A DNA stretch of 64,000 bases from the human T2T-CHM13v2.0 reference genome, Homo sapiens: assembly GCF_009914755.1 (NCBI RefSeq), contig NC_060929.1, one strand, 5' to 3'. Below the pieces are notes generated by a model. That model saw only the letters and a list, made by a program, of their open reading frames with translations. It ran no database searches and was not told the DNA's origin. This document shows, piece after piece, positions 39,501 through 57,100 of the stretch. Positions within the stretch are counted from its first letter, which is position 1; each line of letters begins with the position of its first letter. The translations under genes were made by a program, and so were the position numbers.

Positions 39501-40144
39501 TCAAAATAATAAGAGCTATCTATGAAAAACCCACAGCTAACATCATACCAAATGGTCAGAAGCTGGAAACATTCCCCTGAGAACTGGAATAAGGCAAGGA
39601 TAATCACTCTTATCACTCCTATTCAATATAGTACTAGGAGTCCAAGCCAGAATACTCAGGCAAGAGAAAGAAATAAAAGACATCTAAACAGAAAGAGAGG
39701 AAGTCTATCTTTGTTTGTAGATAATATAATTATCTACATTAAAAACTTCATAGTGTCTGCCCCAAAGCTCCTGGATCTGATAAACAACTTTAGCAAAGTT
39801 TCAGGTTACAAAATCCATGTATAAAAATCAGTAGTGTTTCTATACACCAATAATATTCAGGCTGAGAGTCAAATCAAGAACACAATCCCACTCACAATAG
39901 CCACAAAAAGATTAAGATACTTAGGGATACAGCTAACCAAGGAGGTGAAAGATATCTACAACAAGAATTTATAAACACTGCTGAAAGAAATCAGAGATGG
40001 CTGAAACAAATAGAAAAACATTCCATGCTTATGGATAGAAATAATCAAAATAGTCAAAATTGCCATACTGCCCAAAGCAATTTAAAAATTCAATGTTATA
40101 CCTATCAAACTACTAATTACATTTTTCACAGAAATAGGAAAAAC
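36521..40144 (+). mobile_element. L1PA15/16-like internal segment (ORF1, EN, RT), both ends missing
   Basis: ORF1 remnant (ENVFQDISHGNFSNLTRDSNIQIQE), EN start (aaccttgaatgta), and Z/RT region ([24 protein letters not shown]; [12 protein letters not shown]). Confidence 0.9.
37477..37738 (+). mobile_element. AluJ lacking 3' end, tail and second TSD
   Basis: Alu dimer stops at cactgcactctagtcttgg and L1 ORF2 resumes. Confidence 0.9.
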
Positions 40145-43997
<3,853 letters not shown>

Positions 43998-44150
43998 AGC
44001 AAATTTTCTTTATAAAGATCCAGCTAATAAATATTTAGATATTTCAGGATACATATAGTATCTTTTATATACTCCTAGTCTTTTTGTTAACCCTTTAAAA
44101 ATGTAAAATGTTTCTTAGCTCACAGGCTAAAAATAGGATACATTTGTCAC
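43998..44150 (+). mobile_element. MER58-type hAT MITE; its first ~20 nt lie at 36186-36211
   Basis: caatggtcagcaatttttt at 36186 continues as agcaaattttctttataaagatccagctaataaatatttag...ccctttaaaaatgtaaaa...ttcttagctcacaggc. Confidence 0.65.
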
Positions 44151-44629
44151 TTTTTGCCTTATGAATTACAGCTCTCATTTATACTTCATATTCGATACTA
44201 CTGAAAAGTTTGTATTATTTTACTATCGCTGTCAAAGAAAGACAAAAGCAAAAATTATATTGAAAGTGTATTTTCCTTAATGACAATAAATTATGTATGG
44301 ATTAAAAATTATGTAAAAATTATGTAGGTTTCACAGTTTACAGAGGTGGTATGTTGGTGGTATGTGGCAAAATACAATTTTATTGTTGGTGTTTATAACT
44401 AAACAAAGAGGTTTTTATAGAAGAGTCAGTAATTCTGAAGGACATGTATTTTCCAAACTACTGCAAGTGTAAGTCAATAAAAGCAAATGAAGTCTTCATT
44501 AAAAATAAAATAAAACTCAAGAATAAAAGCTCAGAAATAGGAAGCATAAAATAAGTACAACTAAGAATATTATCTTTTGAAATATGGCCAGATGATTAAA
44601 AATTTCACACTATATTCCAAGGCTTTCAG

Positions 44630-44634
<5 letters not shown>

Positions 44635-44668
<34 letters not shown>

Positions 44669-44679
44669 GTGTGTGTGTG
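44635..44679. repeat. (TA)n/(TG)n microsatellite
   Basis: Directly visible. Confidence 0.9.
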
Positions 44680-45489
44680 ATGTATTATTTAAAAATTAAA
44701 ATCCAAATTTAAGAAGCTATATCAAGAAGATTTAAAAATATATAAATTAAATTTTGCAGTAATAGTACCTGATAAGCTAGATTTTATTGAAAAAAATAAT
44801 TTTTGAGTGATTAAAAACAATTATCTTAATGAAATATGAGACACATTGAAGAATTACAAAAACAAAAACAAATCATAGTAAAGCTTTTTCATAGTATCAA
44901 ATGTACCAGGACAAAAACAGTTTAAAATTTATAACATTAGAAGAAATAACCAACAATAAGACTGGAGACTTTCCCATTCTTTATCAGAGTAAAAATAAAT
45001 AAATAATTCCAAAAAATCTGATTAATGTAAGATCATTTCAACAGACCCATGTCAAAAAATTATGCTACAATGTGAGAAATTTTCTTTTCATTTGAATACT
45101 TTTGCAGTATTTATAATTTTACTATACTCTAGGCCACAAAAATTGAGTAAGTTAAACATTTATCCAACACTCTCAGAACACAGTGTGAAAAACTAGAAAT
45201 TTATAATAAAGGTATCCACCAAAATAACCATTAACTTAGAAATGAATAAGTAAAATAATTATTTCTGTGAATTTGTTTTGAATGAATGTCTGTAGTTTTG
45301 GATATGTTGCTTTGGTTATCGCTACTTTTGAAGTGTTCCATTGTTTGCAAATTTTTCTCCTTAATAAAAGAAGATTTGCAATTTTGTAAAAGACTTTACA
45401 CAACATAATGAGAAAAATAATTGATTACTGTAGAAAATTAAAAGTAGCTCAAATAAAGTTCTAGCCCACAAATTTTCAATATAGAATAA

Positions 45490-45700
45490 TGATGGAACTC
45501 AGAGCAGAATTAGATCATTTTTGTTCGAATCGCTGCTTCCTGACTTCCTAGCCATGTGATGTGGGCCAATTATCTTACCTCTCTGCGCTCTACTTTCCTC
45601 TATTGTCACACAAGAACAGTAATAATATTCACCTAATTTATTATGTTATTTTAAGTGTTAATTGAGATGAAATGTGTAAAATGCTTGAGTATTCTTTGGT
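45490..45700 (+). mobile_element. MIR SINE
   Basis: MIR core: gttcgaatc...tagccatgtgatgtgggccaattatcttacctctctg...aattgagatgaaatgtgtaaaatgctt. Confidence 0.8.
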
Positions 45701-46356
45701 CCATATCATTACTTTATCTGGTTAATTGCTGCCAAGGCAATTAACAGTAAATCTAAAATTCTCATTTATAATTTATCTTTCAAGCAAGCAAACACAATTA
45801 CTGAGAAAACCCATTGCAGCTACCCTTGAAGTAAGAGCTTACCGTAGAAAATTTAAAAAAAAGGTCTGTTCTTAGACCCAATCGGATTTGGGAGCTTATG
45901 TCCAACAAGGAAACAGTCTCAGATGTAAAGAGAAAATAATTATGAAAATAATATTATTCACATCATCAATGTAATTTTATAAGTAATTATTTCACAATAC
46001 CATATTAAAGACATTTCTTCCAATGAGGACACAATTTTGGATGTTCATAGGGCCACTAAATTGAAACAAACAAATCTGACAGAGAAAATCACATGCTGAG
46101 GCAGAAACCCAGTTAGAAAACCAGAAGTAAAAATCTGAAGAGTGTTCTCAAAAAAAAAAAAAGAAAGAATGAAAAGAAAAGAAACAAAAAGTTTATTAAA
46201 GAAAGAAAAATTCTTTCTTCTAGTTTGTTCATTATCACTTTATACAATGGAGACATAACTACTTTATATGATTAACTTGGACTTTCAATTATAGGGCCTC
46301 ACTACACGGCTTGAATATATGTGTATGTATATACGCATACACATGCAAATATAATC

Positions 46357-47665
46357 TGTAAACCAAAAGATATCTGAAACAGGTCTCAATCAATTTAGAA
46401 AGTTCATTTTGCCCAGGTTAAGAATGTGCCCATGACACAGACTCAGGAGGTTTTGGTGACATGTGTCCAAGGTGGTCGGGGCACAGCTTGGTTTTATACT
46501 AATACATTTTAGGGAGACATGAGACATCAATCAATATATGTAAGATGTACATTGGTTTGGTCCAGAAAGGGAGGAGAACTCAAAGTGGGGAGAGGGCTTT
46601 CAGGTAGGTAGGTCATAGGTCATAGGCAGATAAGAGACAAACGGTTGCATTCTTCTGAGAATCTGATTAGCCTGAATGCACAATTTAAAGGAATAGTCAC
46701 TAATGTCTTAGTCTGGCTTAGTGAAATTGAGAGGAGGTGCCAGCTGGACTTCCTGGGTGGAGTAGGGGCTCAGAAAGCTGTGAAACTCACTCATTTCCTG
46801 CATCAGGACTTACTTCAGTCCTGGATAAATAATATTGAAGATATATGCTTAAAATATTCCTAACACCAGGATTTGTGCATGTGTTTCTTCCCCAAGAAAG
46901 ATATGAACAGCGAAAATTTTGCTGTAAGTTTCCCTGTGTCCTTCTCTCCCTCTCTCCCTTCCCCGTTCCCTGAAACTAAAGTAAAAGGAATGTTAACTGA
47001 CCATTTTTCTGTGACCAGCAGTGCTTATCTATACTCCCAATTCCAATTCCTTGTAAACATACTTTGTGCCGCTGCAAGGTCATAAAGTAGATAAAACCTA
47101 AGTTGCAATTCCAGTTTTCTTCAAAATCTAAGACATGTCACAAAATAATTTACTGCGTTTGTTTCTCGCTCCTGTAACAAGCTTCCCGCCTCACGTATCT
47201 CCCACCTTAAAAAGCTTAAAAGGTGAATACCCAAACTAGCAGTGGCTACCCGTTCGGGACCCCTTCCATGCTATGGAAGCTTTGTACTTTCACTCTACTC
47301 AATAAAGCCTACAGCTTTTTCTCTCTCTCGGTCCGTGTCTCTTATCACTCGCAGCGGTCAGCTGCCACACCAATTCTTTGGCGGGGCTAGGCAAGAACCT
47401 TAGGCGTTATAAAATGATAGGGCAAAGGAAGCAATCAGATATGCATTTGTCTCATGTGAGCAGAGGAATAAGTTTGAGTTCTACCTGTCCTTTGTCCACA
47501 TGGAATTTCCTTGTGGACACATTGTGAGGAAGATGTGTAGCTTTTAAAAATCTTTGTAGCTATCTTATTTAGGAAAAGAATGGAAGGCGGGTTTGTCCAA
47601 CTCAGTTCCCAACTTGACTTTTCCCTTTGGGTCAGTGATTTTGGAGAGATTTATTTCCTTTCACA
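46357..47665 (-). mobile_element. MER4A1-like solo LTR, split by a nested LTR
   Basis: tgtaaaccaaaagatatctgaaacaggtctcaatcaatttag...atttatttcctttcaca; 4-bp TSD AATC (46353-46356; 47666-47669). Confidence 0.9.
46728..47411 (+). mobile_element. LTR30/LTR12-related (HERV30/ERV9 group) solo LTR
   Basis: tgagaggaggtgccagctggacttcctggg...aataaa...ggcaagaaccttaggcgttata; 4-bp TSD AAAT (46724-46727; 47412-47415). Confidence 0.8.
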
Positions 47666-47834
47666 AATCCATCCTTTCATCAACAAACATTTAATGAGGA
47701 AGCACTATATTCCAGTAAACTAAATGATAAAAATACCTGACCTCTTCCCAGGCTGGTGGTGCCATTAAAAAAAAACAGAAAAGAAAAGAAAAGAAAAAAA
47801 ACACCCAACCTCATGGATCTGACAATTTGTTAGT

Positions 47835-48197
47835 TGTCTCAGTCCATTCAATCTGCTGTAACAAATTACTATAGACTGAATGGCTTATAAATAACAGGGA
47901 TTTGCTCTTCATAGTTTTGGGTTCTGGGAAGTCCAAGATCAAGGCGCTGGCAGATTCAACATCTGAAAAAGGCCAGCTTCATAGAATGCCATCTCCTCAT
48001 TGTGTCTTCAAATGGCAGAGGGGTCAAAGGAGCTTTCTGAGACCTCTTTTTAGGGGCACTAATACCATTCATGATGTTTCTGCCCTCATGGCCTAACCAC
48101 CTCACAAAAGCCCCACTTCCTAATACTATCACATTAGGGATTAGTTTTAACCTATGAATCTTGGGGGAAGGGGAATACAAACATTCAGTCTACAGAA
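47835..48197 (-). mobile_element. MLT1A-type MaLR solo LTR
   Basis: ctgggaagtccaagatcaaggcgctggcagattc...acaaacattcagtcta. Confidence 0.85.
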
Positions 48198-48199
48198 CT

Positions 48200-50115
48200 G
48201 GTGTTATAAGTTTTCTCCCTACCTGGGCAATTGGAACCTTGTTTGGAAATACAGTATCCCAGTAATTTTGAGGCTGAGCAACTCAGATGATGGATGAAAC
48301 ATTAAATACTGCCAGTAAGTTCCTACTGCTGAGAAAACCAGAATTGTTGTGGTTTCTTTATTTCTGAATCCAGATTATCATCATCTTGTAGCCCTTACAT
48401 CAATTTTGGGAGCCACATAGCATACTTCCAATAACGTAATTTTTAATTTTTAAAAAATTATTTCAAGAATTATTGAGAGTTAGATTTTACTGATTGCAAT
48501 CAAAGAGGCCTAATTAGCACCAAAGCTGATACCAGACTGGGTTTAGAAAACATAGACTTAAGGAAAGTAAGGCATTCAAAATTGGTTATTGGAAAATAAT
48601 AGACATTGAATGGGAGGCATGCAGCCAATGGCATATTGTGGTAAACAAAGTCATTAAATCATATAAGCCAATTGAGAGTGAAGCTCACAAGGATTACATA
48701 CTTGTTCTGTCACTAATTTAGCACAGATGCTGTCAATTAAGCCAATAACACAGATGCTGTCCGTTGGGTTGGATAATTTGGCTGCACCAGAACACTGGAT
48801 AACCTAATGTGACAAATTCAAATTCTAAAGTTCTTGCCCCAAGACATGACCATGCTGAAAAGAATCATTTAGCTGCTGTTGTAATAGAATTGAGAACACA
48901 AACAAACATTCAGAAATATACATCGTTAGTTGCCAAATTAGCCACTAGTTTAATTCACAACTTTATCCTGGGAAAATTAAAGGAGTTTGGCAATTGTAAT
49001 AATTTGGAAAGCTTTGAAGGACTTGGGTAACAAGAAAAACTAAACCTTGAAACACCATGTTTTGCACTTTTCTTCTTGCAGAGGCCACTCCTCTTTCATA
49101 AAAGAAAGCTCATCTTCCCCAAGAATCTTCAGTCTCTGTTCTTAGTTAGTAAACAGAATTCAAGTGTTGCCATTATTGGTGGTAAAGGGGTGGGAAAAAT
49201 GCAGAAAGTTTAGGGAACAGAAGAGTTTATAAGAAATGATTGCCAGTGTTAGATAAATAGCATGTCATATATCTAATGAGTATTTGTAGAAATAGACTTT
49301 TCAAAGTGTTCAAAAATGTGAAATGCACCAAAAGTCTGAAAAAAAAATGAATGTATTGACAATCGGGCATTCTGCAGATTCACACAGTTAGCTTAAATCC
49401 TAAAAATATTTGGGCTAGAAGATGTAAATGAGAACTGTACTCTAGGTATCCAAGCTAAATGATATCAAAATTTCAAAATCTCTTATTCTAAAAAAATGCA
49501 AAGATTTTGGAAGACAAAGAAGCTGGATCAGCTGACCATGAGTTTTCCATACACCTTTTCCTTCCTTGGGTCTCCAAGTATCTCCACAACATTTTCCTTT
49601 CTTCCTTGTTTGAAATCCAGCATGTTTAGGGAAGTGGTGAAATTTAAATGAAGAAAGGTGAGTTTGCAATTTGCTTCAGGACTGGAATACTAGTCAGAGG
49701 TCAACAATTGAATAAGTTTCCCTTATATAAGCGGGAGAGAGACAGAACCACGGAGGCTGAGCACAGAAGGTAGTACTTAATCACAAGAAAAAATGTGTAA
49801 CAGGAATCAGGGAAGGGGAACAAAAAACAAGATCTTTGGTAATGGTCTGATTGTGGAGGTTTCCTAGTAGTTAGTTAATTATAAGATTCCCAGAAATGTT
49901 ATTAATAAGAACTCTACTGACATTTTAAGTGATTTGTATAATAAAAAACAGATATATAATAGATAACAATAAATGCAAATAAATACAGAAATGAATGGAT
50001 AACTAGACAATTGCATGATAGTAGTCAGTCTAATATATTATTTAGACCTGAGTTAATTCGGAGCTTCAGAGTCCTTAAATGAAAGATTTCCCAGATGCCT
50101 TTAATGGAGGAACCA
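48200..50115 (+). mobile_element. Old MLT1-type LTR end plus MaLR/ERVL internal remnant
   Basis: LTR-end motif gattgcaatcaaagaggcctaatt followed by PBS-like tgataccag; internal sequence strongly decayed. Confidence 0.45.
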
Positions 50116-50117
50116 AT

Positions 50118-51318
50118 AGCCTATAAAAATTCCTATATAATTTTTCACAGAAATTGAAAAAATAATCCTTAGATTTATATGGAACCATAAAAGACCCTGA
50201 ATAGCCAAAATAATCTTGATCAGAAAGAACAAAGCTGGAGGTATCACACTCCCTGATTTCAAAATACCCTATAAAGTTATAGTAATCAAAGCAGCATGAT
50301 ACTGGCATAAGCAGACAAATTGACCAATGGAACAGGATAGAAAGCTCAGAAATAAACCCACACAGTTATGGCAATTGATTTGTGAAAAAGGTGTCAAGAG
50401 CAAAAGAGCACACAATAAGGAAATAACAATCTCTTCAATAAATGATGTTGGGAAAATTGTTGGCCCACATGCAGAAGAATAAAATTGGATTATTATTTCA
50501 CAGTATATACAAAAATTAACTCAAAAGGGATTAATAATGTAAATATTAAAACTGAAACTGTAAAATGACTACAAGAAAACATAGGGACGAAGCTCCACAA
50601 CCCTACCCTGAGCAAAGATATTTTTGGATATAACCCTTAAAGCACAGGCAACAAAGCAAAAATAGACAAATGGAATGGCATCAAGCTAAAAAGCTTCAGT
50701 GCAATGAAGAAACAATGAACAAATTGAAGAGACAACGCACAGAATAGGAGGAAACATTTGCAAACCACTGGATGGTTTGTCAATGTATGAGTGAATAAAG
50801 AAAATTTGCTATATATATGAATAGACTATTATTTGGCCCTTAAAAAGAAGGGAATGCTGTCATTTGTGACAACGTGAATGAACTTGGAGGACACTATGTT
50901 AAGTGAAATAAGGCAGGCACAGAAAGAAGTACTTCATGATCTCACTTACATGTAGAATCTAAAAGAGTTGAACTCATAGAAGTAGAAATTAGAATGATGG
51001 TTACCTGAGGTAGGGAGTTGGAGGCAGAAAGGAGAGAATGGGGAGTTGGTCAAAGGATACAAAGTGTCAGATAGAAAGAATGCATTTTGAGATCTATTGC
51101 ACAGCAGGGTGACTATAGTCAATAATAGTTATGGTATATTTCAAAATATCTAAGAGCAGATTTCAAATGTCATGTCGTAAAAATGATAGGCAAATGACAT
51201 AATGTATATATTGATTAGCTTGATTTAATCATTCCACATTTTAGCCACATATCAAAACATTACATTGTACCCCATAAATATATACAATTATAATTTGTCA
51301 ATTAAACATAATATTAAT
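50118..51318 (+). mobile_element. L1MA-type 3' portion with an internal deletion
   Basis: ORF2 remnant (tggaaccataaaagaccctgaatagccaaa) and 3'UTR ending acattgtaccccataaatatatacaattataatttgtcaattaaa. Confidence 0.9.
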
Positions 51319-51325
51319 TATTATA

Positions 51326-51432
51326 GGCCCTCATGACCAAATCACCTCTTAAAGGTCTTACTTCTTAATACTGTTACAATGACAGTTGCATTTCAACATG
51401 TGTTTGGGAAGAGACAAATCCAAGACATAGCA
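51326..51432 (-). mobile_element. MST-type LTR fragment
   Basis: gccctcatgaccaaatcacctcttaaaggtc...tttcaacatg...catagca. Confidence 0.7.
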
Positions 51433-52039
51433 CTTTTAAATATTTAACCAGTTTTTATAAATTAAAACTATTAAAGAAGAATGATTATTCCCCAGAATAC
51501 AAAGGAAAATAGGTTGAAATAGAGTAAGTTATTGTATATAGCTATTAAATCCTAGGCACTCTTCTAAATTCACCTATATATTTATAACTTACATAATTTA
51601 ATTTAATCATCGTGATAATCCTAAATGTAAGCAAATGCTGATATGAGCCTAAAAATTAAATGTATTATTTCTGTTATCTGGATCAGTGTTATTTGTAGTT
51701 ATATTCATAGGTTTGGTTTCATAGTTCCAGGAATGAAAAGTATACTATTACCACCATATATTAAATTTTACTATTAAAATTTTTCAAAACTATCATATAA
51801 GGCAGGAAAGGTTTATTGGATTGAGTAGACAGAAAAGCATCTACAGATAGGATAAATGTAGAGGGATTCATTAAGCTAGGAACAAATTAGACTACAGTTG
51901 AGGAGAAATGTGATAAAATAAAAGCCAAGTTTCCCTAAATCAAGCTTCTTTCCCCATCATTACTTATTCTGCTGGGATAGGTAGCCTCTGATAATGAAAA
52001 GGAAATAATTCTCTCTGTCCTTAGCACAACTTCCTCTAG

Positions 52040-52305
52040 GTAGTGCTATTTCTAACATATGCTGTTAGGTACCTGAGTCATGAAAAAATTGGTTATAGAA
52101 TCAAATAACCTTTTGAAAACATTGAATATTCTACTTCTCTCCTAGAGATTCACAGTGAACTCACCAACTTAAAAGCCCTGAAAGAAACTGAGGTTTTAAA
52201 AAAAATCCATCAAGTTGCCACATCGTTCCAAACGTATTTGACTATGATCGGCTTTTATCATCTAACATCTGTTTCCCCGATCAACTCATGTGGGGCAAAA
52301 CTGAT
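52040..52305. mobile_element. MER103/Charlie-like hAT remnant
   Basis: ctagagattcacagtg...aaaagccctga...ttccaaacgtatttgac. Confidence 0.4.
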
Positions 52306-54786
52306 AGCTCGGCCTGTTCCCACATAGAATAAGAATGATTCTGAGGACAGGCTAAGCCAACATTTATAAAAAACGAAGGGTTAAAATGATATCCTTAGAG
52401 CTCTGCTAATTAGGTTACCTTTTTAAAGAACTGTTAAGTCACAGTAAATTTACAGTACAATGATTTCAAGACTTTCTATGCTTGTAACCAGCCTAAGATA
52501 GAAAAGCTGGGAATGGCAACACAGTTAATTATTTTATAGGCCTGAACAAAGTGAATTTAATACAAAAATACCCAAGCCATACCTGTATTCTGGCCTCTGG
52601 AAACAGCATGAAAGTTGTTATGTAGAATCACAGAAAAAGACATCCAACCACCCAAACAGAATAAAGTACATCATATTTTTCTTCGGTTTTTTTTTTTTTT
52701 TTCCATTTGACTTTAATTAAACACACCATACCCATAAAATCTGGCAAAACTAGATAGTGGCTTTTATTTTTCTAACAAAAGAAGAAGACTGTCAAAATAC
52801 ATTTCCTCAAATTATCTCAGTTGCACTTACTAAAAGCAAAGTGTTCTTTTCCCCCCAGTGGTTTTATCTGGCATGCCAGTAACAACTTTCTTCTTTTATT
52901 AATACACTGGACTTCACAGACAACAACCTCATTAAATGCTCTTTGCCCTTTTCTGCCCCAAACAGGCATTACCATTTGCAATTTCCTCAAGTTTCATAGA
53001 ATAGTATACTGAGTAGGGGAAAAAAAGGAAAAACAAAAAAACAAAAAGAAAACATAAAACAGAACATAAGAGACAATTTCGCACATCTGTTCCCGTGGGT
53101 GTTCTTTCATTCTTTCTCATTTATAATTAATGAAAAATAATGGTGCTGACACAAGTTAATTACTATGAAAAATTACAGTTTATGCTACTCATTATAATAA
53201 TGGCAAATTACTTGAGATTTTCAAACACCGTTCCTAAGCAATTAGAAGTGTTCATAAGGAGTTCACCTGTGAAATTTTTTCATCTGCGTTTGCATTCTGT
53301 GAAGTGAAAGAACACCCAATGTTTTTCATTAGCAGCAGAGATAACACAGCAAGTGATATTAATCATAGAGTCCTGTACCTGGGAAAACATTTAAAAGAAA
53401 TTGGGATTGTGTAATTGAAGTAGAGGTCAAAACAATACACAAAGATATTCATTACAACAAAACTTTTCTTAACAGATTCAAAGGGACTATTAAATCTGTT
53501 TCACTTAGTAACAATTTGGCATAACTAATTAGAATTACTATCTTGTCCTAGTTTACCAAAATATTAAATTACTGATTTTAAAATTAGAATTAATATCTTT
53601 ATAATTAGCACAGGCAAATTAGAGGATCATTTGTTCTCAAATTTCCTTTTCTTATAAACCTATCAATTGTAAAACTAATGCAATAGTCCCCAGGTTATTG
53701 AGAATAATTTATGACTAAAAAATACTAATTAGGCCTAATATGCCTCTATAAATGAACTAAGTCAAAAACATCTCCGTGAAATGTTTGGTCTGTTATAGAT
53801 TCAAAGTAACCTAAATAGGAATAAGCTCATTTTGTCTTACTTAGCTCTATGGCAAAGTTGCTATACATACACCAATTCTGTTTTATTTTTAAATTATTCA
53901 GACAATGCAAAAAGATGAAAGTTTCAAGACAGTAAAAAATGCTCCATATTATTTATAATATTTTCAATTAATTATCCTTCCAGGAATACACTGATTTAAC
54001 AATAAATCAATTGCTAAGGGTAAAGAAAAATAAATATTAAACTTTTTTGAAAAGGCAAGGAAAAACCACACATAAATGCATGAATTCCATTCATTAATAT
54101 TAGTCAATTATTGCTGCTAATAATTAGTTTTGATACAATTGATCAAAAATATTCGACATTCTTATAAGTATTCTTCTATAATATTTCTCTTCATAGCTCA
54201 GCATATATCCTTAAAAAGGAATTACAAATATATTACTATGTTGTAGATTTTGAGTTGATATTCTTAAAAATTATTAACTGCCATATTTTGAATGGTATTA
54301 TCCCCCTTTGTAAACACATGTTAAACAAATCAAATCAATAAGTAAAACTGAATGTGTTTAAAGAAAATTACTGTATAAGAAAATAAATGTCTTTACTTAG
54401 TAAGTCTTACAATTTTAGATTAACTGATTAGAATATCAGAAGTAAACATTTTTGAAGCAAAAGGAAAATTCATTTATTATAATTGTATTGACTATTTTTT
54501 TACTGCTCTCAGATATGGCTGATTACAGGTGGTGAAGTTAAGCATCAACATTATCTCTTCCTTTTATTTAGCTGCTGATCTTTGGGTTGGTTGCATTCTC
54601 ATCAACAATCTCACCACGTGGTTGCAAAATGAACACTAATAGTTTTAATGTCCTTAATCCCTGAGATTTCCAATGGTAGGAGTTGGTGAGTGTCAGAGTA
54701 AAAAGGAATAACAACTGCTAGTTTGAAAGGCAATAGTTAACTAGAAATGGACTTACAAATTGTGTTTGACACCTAATTCATGAATA

Positions 54787-55370
54787 CATTAGTTCTCTCT
54801 TACCTAAGTTTCCACTCTCTGTGGTTTCAGTTAATCACAATTAACCAAGGTAGAAAAATATTCAATGGATAATTTTAGAAATAAACAACAATTCACAACA
54901 TTCCGAGTATTGTGCACAACATTGTTCGTCTGAGTATCTGCACAACATTCTGAGTATTGTGATGAAATCTTATGCCGCCCTACGCCATCTTACCCAGGAT
55001 CTGAATCATCCCTTTGTCCAGTGTATTCATGCCATATCTGCTACCCACCTGCTAGTCACTTAGTGCCATCTGCATTGTCGGACTGGCTATCACAATATCT
55101 CAGGGCTTGTGTTCAAGTAACCCTCATTTTACTTAGCAAATGACCAGCAAAACAAGACTAATGATTTTGGCATATTGTTATAATTTTCTATATTATTAGT
55201 TATTGTTATTAGTTTCTTAGTTTCTCTAATTTTGCTTTATCATAGGTGTGTATGTATAGAAAAAAACTTATTATATTTAAGCCTCAGTTACTATTCATGG
55301 TTTCAACCATCCACTGGGAGTCTTGGAATGTATCCCCTAAAGATAAGCCGGGGGATGGGGGGGGCTACTG
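54787..55370. mobile_element. MER44B-like (Tigger7-derived) element
   Basis: TA-flanked TIRs cattagttctctcttacc / gataag...gggctactg; internal atccactgggagtcttggaatgtatcccc. Confidence 0.85.
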
Positions 55371-56772
55371 TAGATAAGATTAACTGATGGTTTATTCATT
55401 GATTGTGTATACACGGAAATTTCTAAGTATAATATTAATAAAATAGTGAACTATAATGATCATTTTTGCTTACAGTTGGGGTGTTATGGCCAACATACTA
55501 TTTTATCCTCTTATTAGAACTATGATGTAGAATATCCTCCTTCAGAATTGTCACTGAAGACATAACTGATAATTAGACATTTTAATATATTGCCTAGGAT
55601 CAAACAACTGGCAAGCAACTAACCTGATTCACCTTATTACAAAATTATTTTGTCATAGTTTTTATTAATTTTTATTTTGAATAAGCTATATTTAAATGTA
55701 ATAGCAAATGATTTTAGTAAAGAAGATAATTACACACTATTAAGAGAATTTCTAAATATTTCCTTGGTAAAAACTTATATACAGATATCTGATAATACTG
55801 CATCTTTTTTTATTATATTGCAGGACTCCTTACTTTTTGGAAATATTATATTTGAGGAAAAAATCTGGTGATATGTTAAAACAAAACTGTGAACTAAAGC
55901 GTGCTTACATTCAGCAGTTCAGAGACTGAAGTTAATTTTTTTGTCAATAACGACTTGGCTTTCTACAGCATGTTTGTCTCTCAAGTAATCTAGATTAAAT
56001 ATTTTAATTTTACTGAAAACATCATGGAATTTTAAACTAGAAACTGGAAGTTGAACCAAGGATAGTTTTGAATCCACCTGTATAATATAATTTTGTGTTA
56101 TAAACTTCATATGTATATTCTATGAATTCATTTCTCTGTGGGATATCCTCCTTCACTGAATGTTTTTTCCTTACATGTTTAAGAATTCATGAGTACAATA
56201 ATCTGCAAAACAATCATTTAATATAAACATGTCAAGTCTTTCAGAATGTGTATATATATATATACACATATATGTATATATAGGGAAATATCTATGAATT
56301 AAATATAGAGAACATATATATAAACAGAATATATATATAATAGAATACAAACAAGGAAGCAATTTAATTATCCAAAAAGTGAAAACCTCTCTAGATACTT
56401 TGCAAGTCACATCATGCAGAGATGTGCAAGAAAACTGCAATATATTATTTTCTTTAAATGAAATGATATTTTTTCCCTAGCAACCGTTTTAATACAGTCA
56501 TTTGGGAAGTTGTTCAAAGATCTAGGGAAGGTGAGGTTATATGATTATCAAAAATTAGAAAAAGAGTTTCAAGTCTCCATAATGGTAATACTGATATAAT
56601 TACTGTCAAAGTCCACATGGCATCTGAAAAATGGCACTACTAATTCTCTGTGCTCAATTAGTTTTGGGGAGTTTTCCAAAATGCCTGTGTAGTTCTACAG
56701 TTAGTGGCAGGGTTGGATACTAGAAGAGTTGAGGACTGCTTCCCCTCATCAGGCCATTAATTTTTATGCTTG

Positions 56773-57100
<328 letters not shown>

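Noticed and set aside
48722-48761. 13-bp direct repeat cacagatgctgtc as a TSD
   Set aside because: The spacer is only 14 nt with no A-tail or endonuclease site, so a small local duplication is more likely.
54894-54961. CRISPR-like short palindromic repeats
   Set aside because: Three abutting units without unique spacers, inside a primate DNA transposon, and no cas genes.
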